DNA from: Candidatus Collierbacteria bacterium | GTDB lineage: Bacteria > Patescibacteriota > Microgenomatia > UBA1400 > JACPES01 | Assembly: GCA_016219325.1 (NCBI GenBank) | Contig: JACRNH010000024.1 | Span: 1,789 to 65,788, forward strand | Reading direction: 5' to 3' | Length of the DNA: 64,000 nucleotides | In this document: piece after piece, positions 11,961 through 20,582 of the stretch | Position numbering within the stretch: position 1 is the first letter of the stretch | Layout: the number at the start of each line of letters is the position of its first letter | Position numbers and translations under genes: made by a program | Notes under the pieces: model-generated | Database searches by the model: none | Seen by the model: the letters and a program-made list of their open reading frames with translations, nothing else | What the model was told of the DNA's origin: nothing

Positions 11961-11987
11961 TGTCATTCCCGCGAAAGCGGGAATCTA
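11961..11987 (+). repeat. Family D palindromic repeat
   Basis: TGTCATTCCCGCGAAAGCGGGAATCTA. Confidence 0.85.
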
Positions 11988-11999
11988 TATAAATAAATC

Positions 12000-12338
12000 A
12001 TGGAACAAATCTATAAAATCCTGGCTCAGATAATCGCCGATACTTCATCTACGGATGAAGCTCAAGCATTAATATCAGACTTATTGTCCGAAACCGAAAG
12101 GCAAGGAATTGCCAAAAGATTGGCCGTAGTTTTGATGTTGGCAAACGGGAAAAGTTACAACGAAATAAAAAAGCAATTAGGCGTCAGTTCGTCCACTATC
12201 GCCAGAATTCAGGAATCGCTGGATAAGCCGGGAATAAAAATCGCTATTTCAAAAGTCAGAACCGACGAGTGGGCCGGAAAACTGGCCACCAAATTCGCCG
12301 GAGCATTGGACAAACTTCTCCCCAAATCAACCCCATAG
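12000..12338 (+). CDS. Trp-repressor-like (YerC/YecD) HTH protein
   Basis: DLLSETE...KRL...ML..GKSYNEI...GVSSSTIARI. Confidence 0.85.
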   Translation: MEQIYKILAQIIADTSSTDEAQALISDLLSETERQGIAKRLAVVLMLANGKSYNEIKKQLGVSSSTIARIQESLDKPGIKIAISKVRTDEWAGKLATKFAGALDKLLPKSTP

Positions 12339-12382
12339 AACCCTTTACTATCCTCTAAACTCCTTTAAGGTAAAATATCCTT

Positions 12383-13816
12383 ATGTCTAAATTCTATCTG
12401 ACTACGGCCATACCTTACGTTAACGCCAAGCCTCATATCGGTCACGCTTTGGAGTATATTCAGGCTGATGTTATCCGCCGATATTATCAGGAAAAATTAG
12501 GGAAAGAAAACGTTTTTTTAGTATCTGGGGCTGACGAAAACGCTCTGAAGAATGTTCAGGCGGCTGAAAAAACAGGGATAGATATCCAGGAATTTTTAGA
12601 TATAAATTCTAATGTTTTTAAAAAATTTTATCAGGATTTGGGCATTGAGCTTTCTGAATTCCGCCGCGGGACTGATCAAAAAAAACATTGGCCCGGAGTT
12701 CAGAAATTGTGGGATTTATGTCAAAAAAATGGCGATATATACAAGAAATTTTATAAAGGCCTTTATTGCGTCGGTTGCGAGCAATTCTATTTATCCAAGG
12801 ATTTAAAAGAAGGGAAGTGCCCTAACCATTTAAAAGAACCGGAAGAAATTGAAGAAGAGAATTATTTTTTTAAATTGTCTAAATATCAGGATGCTTTAGA
12901 AAAATTAATTGTGTCAGACAAATTAAAGATAATTCCTGTTCAGCGAAAAAATGAAATATTAAGTTTTATCAGGCAAGGTCTGGAAGATTTTAGTATTTCA
13001 AGGAGCAATGTCAGAGCTAAGGGGATAGGGGTGCCGGTTCCCGGAGACGAAACTCAAAAAATATACGTTTGGTTTGACGCTTTAAATATTTATATGACTG
13101 CTGTCGGTTTTGGATATGATCAAAAATTATGGGAAAGGTGGTGGCCGGCGGACTTACATATTGTCGGCAAGGATATTATCCGTTTTCACTGCGTTTATTG
13201 GCCGGCAATGCTATTGTCTGCCGGATTATCGCTTCCCAAAGCAGTATTTTCTCATGGATTTATCACCAGCGGCGGACAAAAGATGAGTAAAACTCTGGGA
13301 AATGTAATCGATCCCTACGAACTGGCAGAGAAATTTGGCTTTGAAGCTCTAAGATATTTTTTATTAAAAGAGATTCCTCCGTTTGACGACGGAGATATTA
13401 CTGAAGAAAAATTCGCCAAAACCTATCAGGCGGATCTCGCCAACGGCTTGGGAAATCTGGTTCAGCGGGTGGCGAAACTCTGCGAGCTAAAGCATTTTGT
13501 TTTATCTCCCCCTAATCCTTCCGATCCTTCTTTTCCATCTATTTCCTCCCGCCTTGAAAACTTCGAATTTAATTTAGCCTTGGAGGAGTTGTGGAAAGAC
13601 TTCGGCGACCTGGACGCGAAAATCAATATCGACAAACCTTGGGAAAAATCCGATAAAGAAGCTAAAAATGCTTTGAAAATTTATGTTGAAGAAATTCTGA
13701 AATTGACGTTGCCGCTGAGTATCTTTCTCCCCCAAACCGCCGCCAGAATCCGGCAGATTTTCAAAGGCCCAAAAATTTCCGCCCCATCTACTCCCTTATT
13801 CCCCAGATTACCATAA
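12383..13816 (+). CDS. metG: Methionine--tRNA ligase (short form)
   Basis: TTAIPYVNAKPHIGH, Zn knuckle CVGC..CPNH, YVWFDAL, GKDI, KMSKT. Confidence 0.97.
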   Translation: MSKFYLTTAIPYVNAKPHIGHALEYIQADVIRRYYQEKLGKENVFLVSGADENALKNVQAAEKTGIDIQEFLDINSNVFKKFYQDLGIELSEFRRGTDQKKHWPGVQKLWDLCQKNGDIYKKFYKGLYCVGCEQFYLSKDLKEGKCPNHLKEPEEIEEENYFFKLSKYQDALEKLIVSDKLKIIPVQRKNEILSFIRQGLEDFSISRSNVRAKGIGVPVPGDETQKIYVWFDALNIYMTAVGFGYDQKLWERWWPADLHIVGKDIIRFHCVYWPAMLLSAGLSLPKAVFSHGFITSGGQKMSKTLGNVIDPYELAEKFGFEALRYFLLKEIPPFDDGDITEEKFAKTYQADLANGLGNLVQRVAKLCELKHFVLSPPNPSDPSFPSISSRLENFEFNLALEELWKDFGDLDAKINIDKPWEKSDKEAKNALKIYVEEILKLTLPLSIFLPQTAARIRQIFKGPKISAPSTPLFPRLP

Positions 13817-13844
13817 TTTTCCCCTCCTAAGGTAAAATATACCT

Positions 13845-15347
13845 ATGAACTCATTAAAACGCTATTTTCTCCGCCACCCGATCCGGACCCGGCGGGCTTT
13901 GGAAATCCTGCCCGGATCAGTCAGCTGGTTTTTAATTTTGTTTCCTCTGTGGGGGTCGCTGCTGATTCCTGAAGTTGTCGCCGTCTATATTATCGCCTTC
14001 ACGGTTTATTGGTTATATAAATCCTTGTCTGTGGCAGTGTTTTCATTGATCGGGCATTTCAGGCTGGAGGCCAGCCAAAAATTTGACTGGATGGAGGATG
14101 TGGCGGTGTTTCCGGATTGGGAAAAAATTCATCATATCGTGGTTATTCCGACTTTTAAAGAACCGGAGGGAACCTTAATTAAAACTCTGGAGGCTTTGTC
14201 TTCCCAGACATATCCTTTGAAAAAAATTCACATTATATTATCTTTTGAAGAACGCGAGGGGGGGGCCGGCAAACAAAAAGCCAAAAATTTAACCAGTGAA
14301 TTCGGGAAAAAGTTTGGGACTTTCCACACCACTTTTCACCCCGATCTTGCGGGCGAAGTTAAGGGCAAATCCAGTAACTCGGCTTGGGCGGCTAAAGCGA
14401 TGGTCGAGCCGGAATTAATTAAAAAAGGCATTGTCGATGTCCGCTATGCCAGTATCACCAGCCATGACGCCGACGCCAGACTACACCCGAATTATTTCGC
14501 GGCTTTAGCTTATTATTTTTTGGATAATCCCCACCGCTACCGCCGTTTCTGGCAACCGGCTGTTATGTTCTATAACAATATTTGGCGGGTTCCGGCGCCG
14601 ATCAGGGCCTTGGCGACCGTGTGGAGCGTAGTCCATTTATATATCCTATGCCGCCGCGACCGCCTGGTTAATTTTTCCACTTATTCTACTTCTTTGAAAT
14701 TATTAAAATCGGTGGGTTACTGGGATACGGATGTTATTCCGGAAGATTACCGGATTTTCTTTAAAACCTACTTTGCGACAAAAGGGAAAGTTTCGGTAGA
14801 TCCGATTTATCTGTCGGCAACAATGGACGCCGCCCAATCGTCAACTTTTTGGAAAACCATGCTGAACCAGTATGAACAAGTGAAGCGGTGGGCGTGGGGA
14901 GTAGCTGACGATCAATTTGTGATCCGTCAGGCAGTATTGGTCGACGGAATCCCTCTTAAGGATAATATTTTAAGAATATTAAGATTAATGGAGGATCATT
15001 TTTTGTGGCCGGTAAATTGGTTTGCTTTGACGTTGGGGGCTTTGCTTCCGCCTTTATTGAATCCGACTTTTTCGCGGACTGTCATCGGTAAAACTCTGCC
15101 TCAAGTCAGTTCCGGAATTTTAACAATCTCGCTGGTTGCAATTTTAATAGTCTTATTTGTTGATGCCAAACGCCGCCCAAAAAGCCCCAAGAAAATTTCC
15201 CTGATGGGGAAAATCATTCAGCCGTTTGAATTGTTGCTGTTGCCGGTGGTTGGATTTTTCTTCAACGCCCTCCCCGGCCTCGACGCCCACACCCGTCTGA
15301 TGTTAGGAAGATATTTAGAATATAGAGTTACAGAAAAGGTGGAATAA
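13845..15347 (+). CDS. Multi-TM GT2 glycosyltransferase (processive-type D,D,D,QxxRW)
   Basis: HDAD, IPED and QVKRW motifs; N- and C-terminal TM segments. Confidence 0.85.
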   Translation: MNSLKRYFLRHPIRTRRALEILPGSVSWFLILFPLWGSLLIPEVVAVYIIAFTVYWLYKSLSVAVFSLIGHFRLEASQKFDWMEDVAVFPDWEKIHHIVVIPTFKEPEGTLIKTLEALSSQTYPLKKIHIILSFEEREGGAGKQKAKNLTSEFGKKFGTFHTTFHPDLAGEVKGKSSNSAWAAKAMVEPELIKKGIVDVRYASITSHDADARLHPNYFAALAYYFLDNPHRYRRFWQPAVMFYNNIWRVPAPIRALATVWSVVHLYILCRRDRLVNFSTYSTSLKLLKSVGYWDTDVIPEDYRIFFKTYFATKGKVSVDPIYLSATMDAAQSSTFWKTMLNQYEQVKRWAWGVADDQFVIRQAVLVDGIPLKDNILRILRLMEDHFLWPVNWFALTLGALLPPLLNPTFSRTVIGKTLPQVSSGILTISLVAILIVLFVDAKRRPKSPKKISLMGKIIQPFELLLLPVVGFFFNALPGLDAHTRLMLGRYLEYRVTEKVE

Positions 15348-15380
15348 TAAAACGGTTCCAAATTTTTTGTCATTGTCAAT

Positions 15381-15446
15381 TGTCATTCCCGCGCCCGCCT
15401 GCATCAGCTATGCCGAAAGCATTGCGGGCAGGAAAGCGGGAATCTA
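15381..15446 (+). repeat. Family D repeat interrupted by a 39-bp second element (15394-15432)
   Basis: Removing CCCGCCTGCATCAGCTATGCCGAAAGCATTGCGGGCAGG restores the exact sequence of the copy at 11961-11987. Confidence 0.85.
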
Positions 15447-15514
15447 TATAAAATAAATTTAATCTCCCGAACCTAATCTCCCTATTTAACGGATAGTGTA
15501 TAATATATCTTTAC

Positions 15515-15726
15515 AGTTTAAGAAATCCGTATTAGCAGAGTCGCGATCTGTTAGGAGCGAAGCAAAATTTTCGACGCCGGAAGCCCGTTAAAGCTTCAGA
15601 CTCTTAATTCAAGAGTCATTAAGGTTTCGATGGCAACATCGAAATAAAAAAGGATGGTACAGTGGTTCTCCAAGAATCGCCCCTTTGGTTACTAATAAAA
15701 ATTGGTAATCACAGGGGCTATTTTTA
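15515..15726 (+). promoter_or_regulatory. T-box riboswitch, Arg specifier
   Basis: TATAAT at 15499-15504; stem I with GCAGAG and GGAGCGAA distal motifs; CGA/CGC Arg codons at 15572-15577; CCCGTTA stem IIA/B motif; stem III 15625-15644; T-box AAGGA-TGGTACA-GTGG 15650-15665 pairing with TCGCCCCTT; terminator 15679-15718 plus T run; argS downstream. Confidence 0.85.
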
Positions 15727-15755
15727 TGGTATAAAATGAGGGCGGTGGCGATTAT

Positions 15756-15872
15756 TTAATTTCGGGCCCGTCGCTTTCCGTCCACCGGACCTGGATAGGC
15801 CATAATAACGACAATTAAAGCCATAATAAGAAGAATAATCAGAGATAATAAAAAAATGATATTAAACGACAT
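15756..15872 (-). CDS. Unannotated 38-aa single-TM peptide with basic tail
   Basis: Translated by hand: MSFNIIFLLSLIILLIMALIVVIMAYPGPVDGKRRARN; 7 nt downstream of the 73-aa ORF. Confidence 0.55.
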   Translation of the reverse strand: MSFNIIFLLSLIILLIMALIVVIMAYPGPVDGKRRARN

Positions 15873-15879
15873 AGTAATT

Positions 15880-16101
15880 TTATCTTTTTCTCGCCAGCCA
15901 AACACTAATAGACCAAAGGAAAATGGCAACGATTATGCTTAATATTATGACTGTTAAATTGGGGTTGTCAACGTTACCTACTATTGGAGAAACTACGGCA
16001 ACGCCAAAAACTACCTGTCCGGCGCTGTCAATGATATTAGACAACCGATTCAATTGGTTGGTTGTAAATACAGGTTTTCTAGTTCTAAGAAAATTTTTCA
16101 T
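15880..16101 (-). CDS. Small two-TM membrane protein
   Basis: 73 aa, QLNRLSNII.. amphipathic start then two hydrophobic helices; same architecture as 51280-51474. Confidence 0.65.
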   Translation of the reverse strand: MKNFLRTRKPVFTTNQLNRLSNIIDSAGQVVFGVAVVSPIVGNVDNPNLTVIILSIIVAIFLWSISVWLARKR

Positions 16102-16133
16102 TAATTAGTGTCATAATATTACCATTACTTATC

Positions 16134-17975
16134 ATGAAATTAACCGCAGATAGTATTATCAAAACCGCGATTAAAAAAACTCTTAACGATCTCGGATTTC
16201 CGGAAGTTCAAATATCTCTCGAGCACCCTGCCGTCGAATCCCACGGCGACTGGAGCTCAAATATCGCCCTAACTTTATTTCCTCTTACAAAATCCCCTAA
16301 ATTCCCTAATCTCCCTAATCTCCCTGATCTTTCCTCCCCCCGCCAAATAGCCGAAACCATCGTCGTCAGACTTTCTACTGATAAAGAACTTAAAAAGGTT
16401 GTTGCCAAAATCGACGTCGCCGGTCCGGGATTTATAAATTTTCATTTAACTCAAAATACACTCTTTGATGAATTAGAAAGAATTGATAAAAAGAAGAATA
16501 AATTTGGCAGCGGTGATTCGTTGAGCGGGAAAAAGATCATGGTAGAGTTTACCGACCCGAATCCGTTTAAGGAGTTTCACATTGGACATCTGTTTAGTAA
16601 TGTTGTTGGAGAAGCGCTGTCTCGATTACTTGCGTCGCAGGGCGCAATAGTAAAGCGAGCCAATTACCAAGGTGATGTAGGAATGCATGTTGCCAAGGCG
16701 GTTTGGGGGATGATACAAAAAATCAAAAATCAAAAATCAAAGATCAAAGAATTAGAAAAACTTCCGTTAAATGAGAAAGCTAAGTTTTTGGGAAAAGCTT
16801 ACGCGTTTGGGGCGACAAAATTCGAGGAAGACGAGAAAGTAAAAAAGGAAATAACTGAACTCAATAAGAAAATTTATGATAAATATCCAGAGGTAATGGA
16901 ACTATATAGCATAGGTCGGAAGTGGAGTCTGGATTATTTTGAAACCATTTACAAGCGGCTCGGGACGAAATTCGACTATTACTACTTTGAATCAGTTGCC
17001 GGGGAAGTGGGTTTGGAATTTGTCAGAGAAAATCTCAAGAAGGGAATTTTCCAAGAAAGCCAAGGGGCGATTGTTTTCCCCGGAGAAAAACATGGGCTGC
17101 ACACCCGTGTGTTTGTTAATTCCCTCGGTCTTCCGACCTATGAAGCTAAAGACTTAGGACTTGCCCCGACAAAATACAAAGATTTTAAATATGATGAATC
17201 GGTCATTGTGACCGGTAATGAAATTAATGAATATTTCAAAGTTCTGATTACGGCTCTAAAACAGATTAACCCGGGACTAGGCAAGAAAGCCCATCATATT
17301 TCTCATGGAATGGTGCGACTGCCGGAAGGCAAAATGAGCAGCAGAACAGGAAAAGTTTTGACGGGAGAATGGCTTCTTGACGAAGTGAAAAAAACAATAT
17401 TAAAACTGATGGCTAAAGCAGATTCTCCATTTTCTGTTTCAGACCGGGAAGAAATTGCGGAGAAAATTGCGGTTGGATCTATCAAATACGCGTTATTGAA
17501 GGCAGGAACCGGCCATGATGTCATTTTTGATTTCGAAAAATCTATTTCGGTCGACGGCAACTCCGGCCCTTACCTCCAATATACCTACGCTAGATGTCAA
17601 AGCGTTCTTGCGAAGGCAACTATTCCCGACACCGAACGCCTAAACCAACAACTAATAACTAATAACCAATTCAATCCAGAGGAATTGTCTATTCTCCGTT
17701 TCATCTATCGTTTCCCCGAAGTGGTCCAAACCGCCGCCACCCAATATTCGCCCAACTTAATCTGCACTTTTCTTTACGAACTGGCCCAGCGGTTTAATAC
17801 TTTCTACAATAAACATAGGATATTAGAAAGTAATGAGGAGAAAGTAATGAGTAATGAACAAAAAACAAAAAACAAAGAGCAAATTCAATTTAGGCTGTCA
17901 TTAACGTCAGCCGTTTCTCAAGTACTCAAAAACGGTCTAAACCTCCTTGGTATTCAAGCCCCGGAAAAGATGTGA
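16134..17975 (+). CDS. argS: Arginine--tRNA ligase
   Basis: HGDWSSNIA, AGPGFINF, DPNPFKEFHIGH, KMSSRTG, GPYLQYTYAR, GIQAPEKM C-terminus. Confidence 0.98.
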   Translation: MKLTADSIIKTAIKKTLNDLGFPEVQISLEHPAVESHGDWSSNIALTLFPLTKSPKFPNLPNLPDLSSPRQIAETIVVRLSTDKELKKVVAKIDVAGPGFINFHLTQNTLFDELERIDKKKNKFGSGDSLSGKKIMVEFTDPNPFKEFHIGHLFSNVVGEALSRLLASQGAIVKRANYQGDVGMHVAKAVWGMIQKIKNQKSKIKELEKLPLNEKAKFLGKAYAFGATKFEEDEKVKKEITELNKKIYDKYPEVMELYSIGRKWSLDYFETIYKRLGTKFDYYYFESVAGEVGLEFVRENLKKGIFQESQGAIVFPGEKHGLHTRVFVNSLGLPTYEAKDLGLAPTKYKDFKYDESVIVTGNEINEYFKVLITALKQINPGLGKKAHHISHGMVRLPEGKMSSRTGKVLTGEWLLDEVKKTILKLMAKADSPFSVSDREEIAEKIAVGSIKYALLKAGTGHDVIFDFEKSISVDGNSGPYLQYTYARCQSVLAKATIPDTERLNQQLITNNQFNPEELSILRFIYRFPEVVQTAATQYSPNLICTFLYELAQRFNTFYNKHRILESNEEKVMSNEQKTKNKEQIQFRLSLTSAVSQVLKNGLNLLGIQAPEKM

Positions 17976-17982
17976 TGTTTTA

Positions 17983-18010
17983 CGTCATCCCGAGCGAAGT
18001 CGAGAGATCT
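17983..18010 (+). repeat. Family D variant repeat
   Basis: CGTCATCCCGAGCGAAGTCGAGAGATCT. Confidence 0.7.
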
Positions 18011-18031
18011 TTTTTTCTCCAAATCGCATGC

Positions 18032-18061
18032 TTGACAATCGATATCTTTAGCCCCTATACT
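18032..18061 (+). promoter_or_regulatory. sigma70-type promoter, 8 nt upstream of ATG
   Basis: TTGACA-18 nt-TATACT then ATG at 18070. Confidence 0.65.
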
Positions 18062-18069
18062 GAATCCAG

Positions 18070-18984
18070 ATGAAATTGCGTTTTACCACATTTCTACTTC
18101 TTCAATTTTTATTTCTTTTTATTCTTGTCCCTAAAGTTCAAGCATTATGGTTAGTTGATCCATCCGGCCGATTGATAAAAATGGATTCCAATGGTCAGGT
18201 TTTGGGTGATGAAGATCAGGGTCAAAGATCAGTTGGAAGAAATGAAGTCAGAAGCGAAACAAAAATGGAAGTCAGAAATGAAGAGAAAAGAACAGAAGTT
18301 AAATCTTTGGACGCCAACAAGGAAAAGATTGAAATAAAATCAGGTGAAAACAAAAGAGAGTTTGAAAGTAAGGGCATGAAAATAAAGCTTGATCAGAAAA
18401 ATGGCGAGTTGAAGATGAAAACAAAAAATGAATTGACCGGCGAGGAGACCGAAATAGAGACTAAGATGGAGAAAAGGGGAAAACCGGAATTGCCGGAAGT
18501 TGAAAACGAAGTTAATGATAAGACTGAAACCGAAGTTCTGAAAATCAAGGACCGGGAAGATAAGGATGAAATTAAGATTAAAACCAAAAACGGAGAATTC
18601 GTCATTGATAGAAATAGGGTCGGAGCCACCACAAATTTTCCGCTATCGGTGGATTCTTCAACAAATATTTTGACTGTGACCACTCCGGCCGGAGAGAAAC
18701 AGGTAACGGTTTTGCCGGATCAGGCAGTTCAAAATATGCTATCGAGGAACATTATTGACCAAGTTTCCGGCCAGGATGCTATCGATTTATCCAGCCGGGT
18801 GAAGATGAGCCAGAAATCAGACGGATCATTGGTTTATGAAGTAGAAGGCGAAAAGCAGGAAAAACTATTCGGCCTGATGCCGTTGAAATTCAAGAAAACC
18901 GCGGTAGTGTCAGTCGAAACCGGAGAGCTTCTAGAAACTAAGGAATCCTTCACCGACAAACTCCTTGGCCTGATTTCGTTCTAA
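18070..18984 (+). CDS. Secreted hypothetical protein with Glu/Lys-rich middle region
   Basis: Signal peptide ending VQA; long E/K-rich region; C-terminal ATTNFPLSVD...VLPDQAV...KLFGL..VSVETG domain; own promoter. Confidence 0.8.
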   Translation: MKLRFTTFLLLQFLFLFILVPKVQALWLVDPSGRLIKMDSNGQVLGDEDQGQRSVGRNEVRSETKMEVRNEEKRTEVKSLDANKEKIEIKSGENKREFESKGMKIKLDQKNGELKMKTKNELTGEETEIETKMEKRGKPELPEVENEVNDKTETEVLKIKDREDKDEIKIKTKNGEFVIDRNRVGATTNFPLSVDSSTNILTVTTPAGEKQVTVLPDQAVQNMLSRNIIDQVSGQDAIDLSSRVKMSQKSDGSLVYEVEGEKQEKLFGLMPLKFKKTAVVSVETGELLETKESFTDKLLGLISF

Positions 18985-19065
18985 ATCTTAAGCTTGATAG
19001 TTGGCCGTTTACAAAAAATGTCGAACTTCATTTGGTTAGCTCGGCCTTCGGCCTCGCTTACTCCG

Positions 19066-19131
19066 GCGCGGCGCCCCCCGCCTGCTATCGCTTTGCGAAG
19101 CATTGCGGGCAGGCCACCCGCCGCGCCTCCG
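19066..19131. repeat. Left arm of 66-bp inverted repeat (looser similarity extends to ~19019)
   Basis: Reverse complement matches 20099-20164 at 65/66 positions. Confidence 0.92.
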
Positions 19132-19220
19132 CTATTTTTTGCGCGCGCGATTTTCTCGCCCTTCGGGCGATGACGAAGAAACTTTAATAATTCTCATTAA
19201 CTTAATAATGTACAAATATA

Positions 19221-19562
19221 TTACCAAGGAATTTTGTGTTCGACTTCTTCTCTGATTGAATGAATTTTTTCGCGTTGTGCTTGAGAGAGTTGGTACCAAC
19301 CACTAAAGTATGCGCGAGATAAAATTTTTATGAATTTTTCCATTTTCCCATCCTTATCGTCTCCCTCTTCATTTCCCAATTCCGTTATTGTTATACCTGC
19401 TTTTTCAAGTCTACTTATTCGTTTTTTTATTCCCTCAAGAAGTAATATTTGTTCTTGAAGTAAAGCTATTGTTTTTTGTAGTTCTTTCAATTCTTTATTT
19501 TTGCCGTGAAGATAAATAATATACACGATCGCAAAAATAAGTAAAAATGATGATCTGTACAT
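19221..19562 (-). CDS. Hypothetical protein, N-terminal TM plus coiled coil
   Basis: 113 aa AT-rich ORF inside the inverted-repeat cassette, 4 nt from upstream ORF. Confidence 0.65.
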   Translation of the reverse strand: MYRSSFLLIFAIVYIIYLHGKNKELKELQKTIALLQEQILLLEGIKKRISRLEKAGITITELGNEEGDDKDGKMEKFIKILSRAYFSGWYQLSQAQREKIHSIREEVEHKIPW

Positions 19563-19566
19563 AGAA

Positions 19567-19845
19567 TTATTCTAACAAGTTTTCATCTATGCCCGTTTTG
19601 ATACTTCCAATAACTTTATATACTTGGAAGTTTAACCTTTGACTATATTGAGGGCTTCCTACAGACATAGTATTATATGAAAATTTTTCAGAGTAAATTA
19701 TTTTATAAATTTTATCATCTTTAACGACCTCAAAGATAACAAGTAAATCTCTTCTTTCCTTTCTGGGAATTGTAAGCACCACTAAATCTCCAACACAGAT
19801 TTTTTGTTTGTTTTGATCGTAAAGCTTTGTAAATTCTTTTACCAT
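19567..19845 (-). CDS. YopX-like small protein
   Basis: LYDQNKQKICVGDLV and C-terminal VIGSI...NLLE resemble YopX motifs (DKNGKEIYEGDI / VIGNIYENPELLE). Confidence 0.55.
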   Translation of the reverse strand: MVKEFTKLYDQNKQKICVGDLVVLTIPRKERRDLLVIFEVVKDDKIYKIIYSEKFSYNTMSVGSPQYSQRLNFQVYKVIGSIKTGIDENLLE

Positions 19846-20098
19846 ACGACATCTATTATGTCGCTTTTCAAAACTTATTTTTATTTGTTATTTAACTCAT
19901 AAATTAGTATATTATAATTTGACTTAACTTTTATCGATTGCTATTTTTAATAGCGTATTCGAACAATTCAAGCAATCGGGTTGAGTCTACAGGATACGCC
20001 ATTTGAGATTTATAAAAAGTTCTTTAAAATTTTTTGCGTCAAGCTCAGCTTGACAATTGCCCCGCTAAGCGGGGCGTTTTTGTTCGAGTCGACTTTTT

Positions 20099-20164
20099 CG
20101 GAAGCGCGGCGGGTGGCCTGCCCGCAATGCTTCGCAAAGCGATAGCAGGCGGGGGGCGCCGCGC
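20099..20164. repeat. Right arm of 66-bp inverted repeat (looser similarity extends to ~20224)
   Basis: CGGAAGCGCGGCGGGTGGCCTGCCCGCAATGC...GGGGCGCCGCGC; partner of 19066-19131. Confidence 0.92.
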
Positions 20165-20241
20165 TCACCTTGCGAGCCGAGCGGAGCGAGGCGAGCTAAC
20201 ACGATTCTTTGAAATGAGTTCGAATTTTGTCAAAAACGTTC

Positions 20242-20514
20242 CTAAAGGTATTTATATTCTAATTCTTTTAGGATTTCTTTAAGTTGAATTTTAAGCTCTC
20301 CTCGTCCATTCCCACCCTTTAAGTATTTTTCCCGTCGTTTGGCATCTAGCTCTTTCTCATATGCTTCATAATAAATCAGTTTAAGTGGCCGTCTATGTTT
20401 GGTCGCCTTAACAAATCCGTTGCTATGTGCCTTAAAACGAGATTTCAAGTCTGGAGAAAATCCGGTATATAACTCTTTGTCCTTTTCTGAAAAAAGAATA
20501 TAGACGTAATACAT
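20242..20514 (-). CDS. Stand-alone GIY-YIG nuclease family protein
   Basis: YYVYIL...LYTG...R...H...T...RPLKLIYYE...A..RE..LK; TGcTACACT extended -10 at 20523-20531. Confidence 0.92.
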   Translation of the reverse strand: MYYVYILFSEKDKELYTGFSPDLKSRFKAHSNGFVKATKHRRPLKLIYYEAYEKELDAKRREKYLKGGNGRGELKIQLKEILKELEYKYL

Positions 20515-20582
20515 CTATATCTAGTGTAGCAAAAATAAACGTATGGTGATCGAGCTGAGCTCGATAATCACCAAGCTAAGCT

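Noticed and set aside
15515-15726. 6S RNA, tmRNA or RNase P RNA as identity of the intergenic RNA
   Set aside because: T-box bulge, CCGTTA motif, Arg codons and terminator fit a T-box leader better; no tRNA-like ends or long central-bulge rod
19019-20240. Classical IS/MITE or prophage at the tRNA
   Set aside because: No transposase, integrase or structural genes; no direct repeat of the tRNA 3' end or target duplication recognised
20034-20282. 82-aa + strand ORF
   Set aside because: TTG start, composed almost entirely of the inverted-repeat arm and hairpins, and overlaps the GIY-YIG gene; likely spurious
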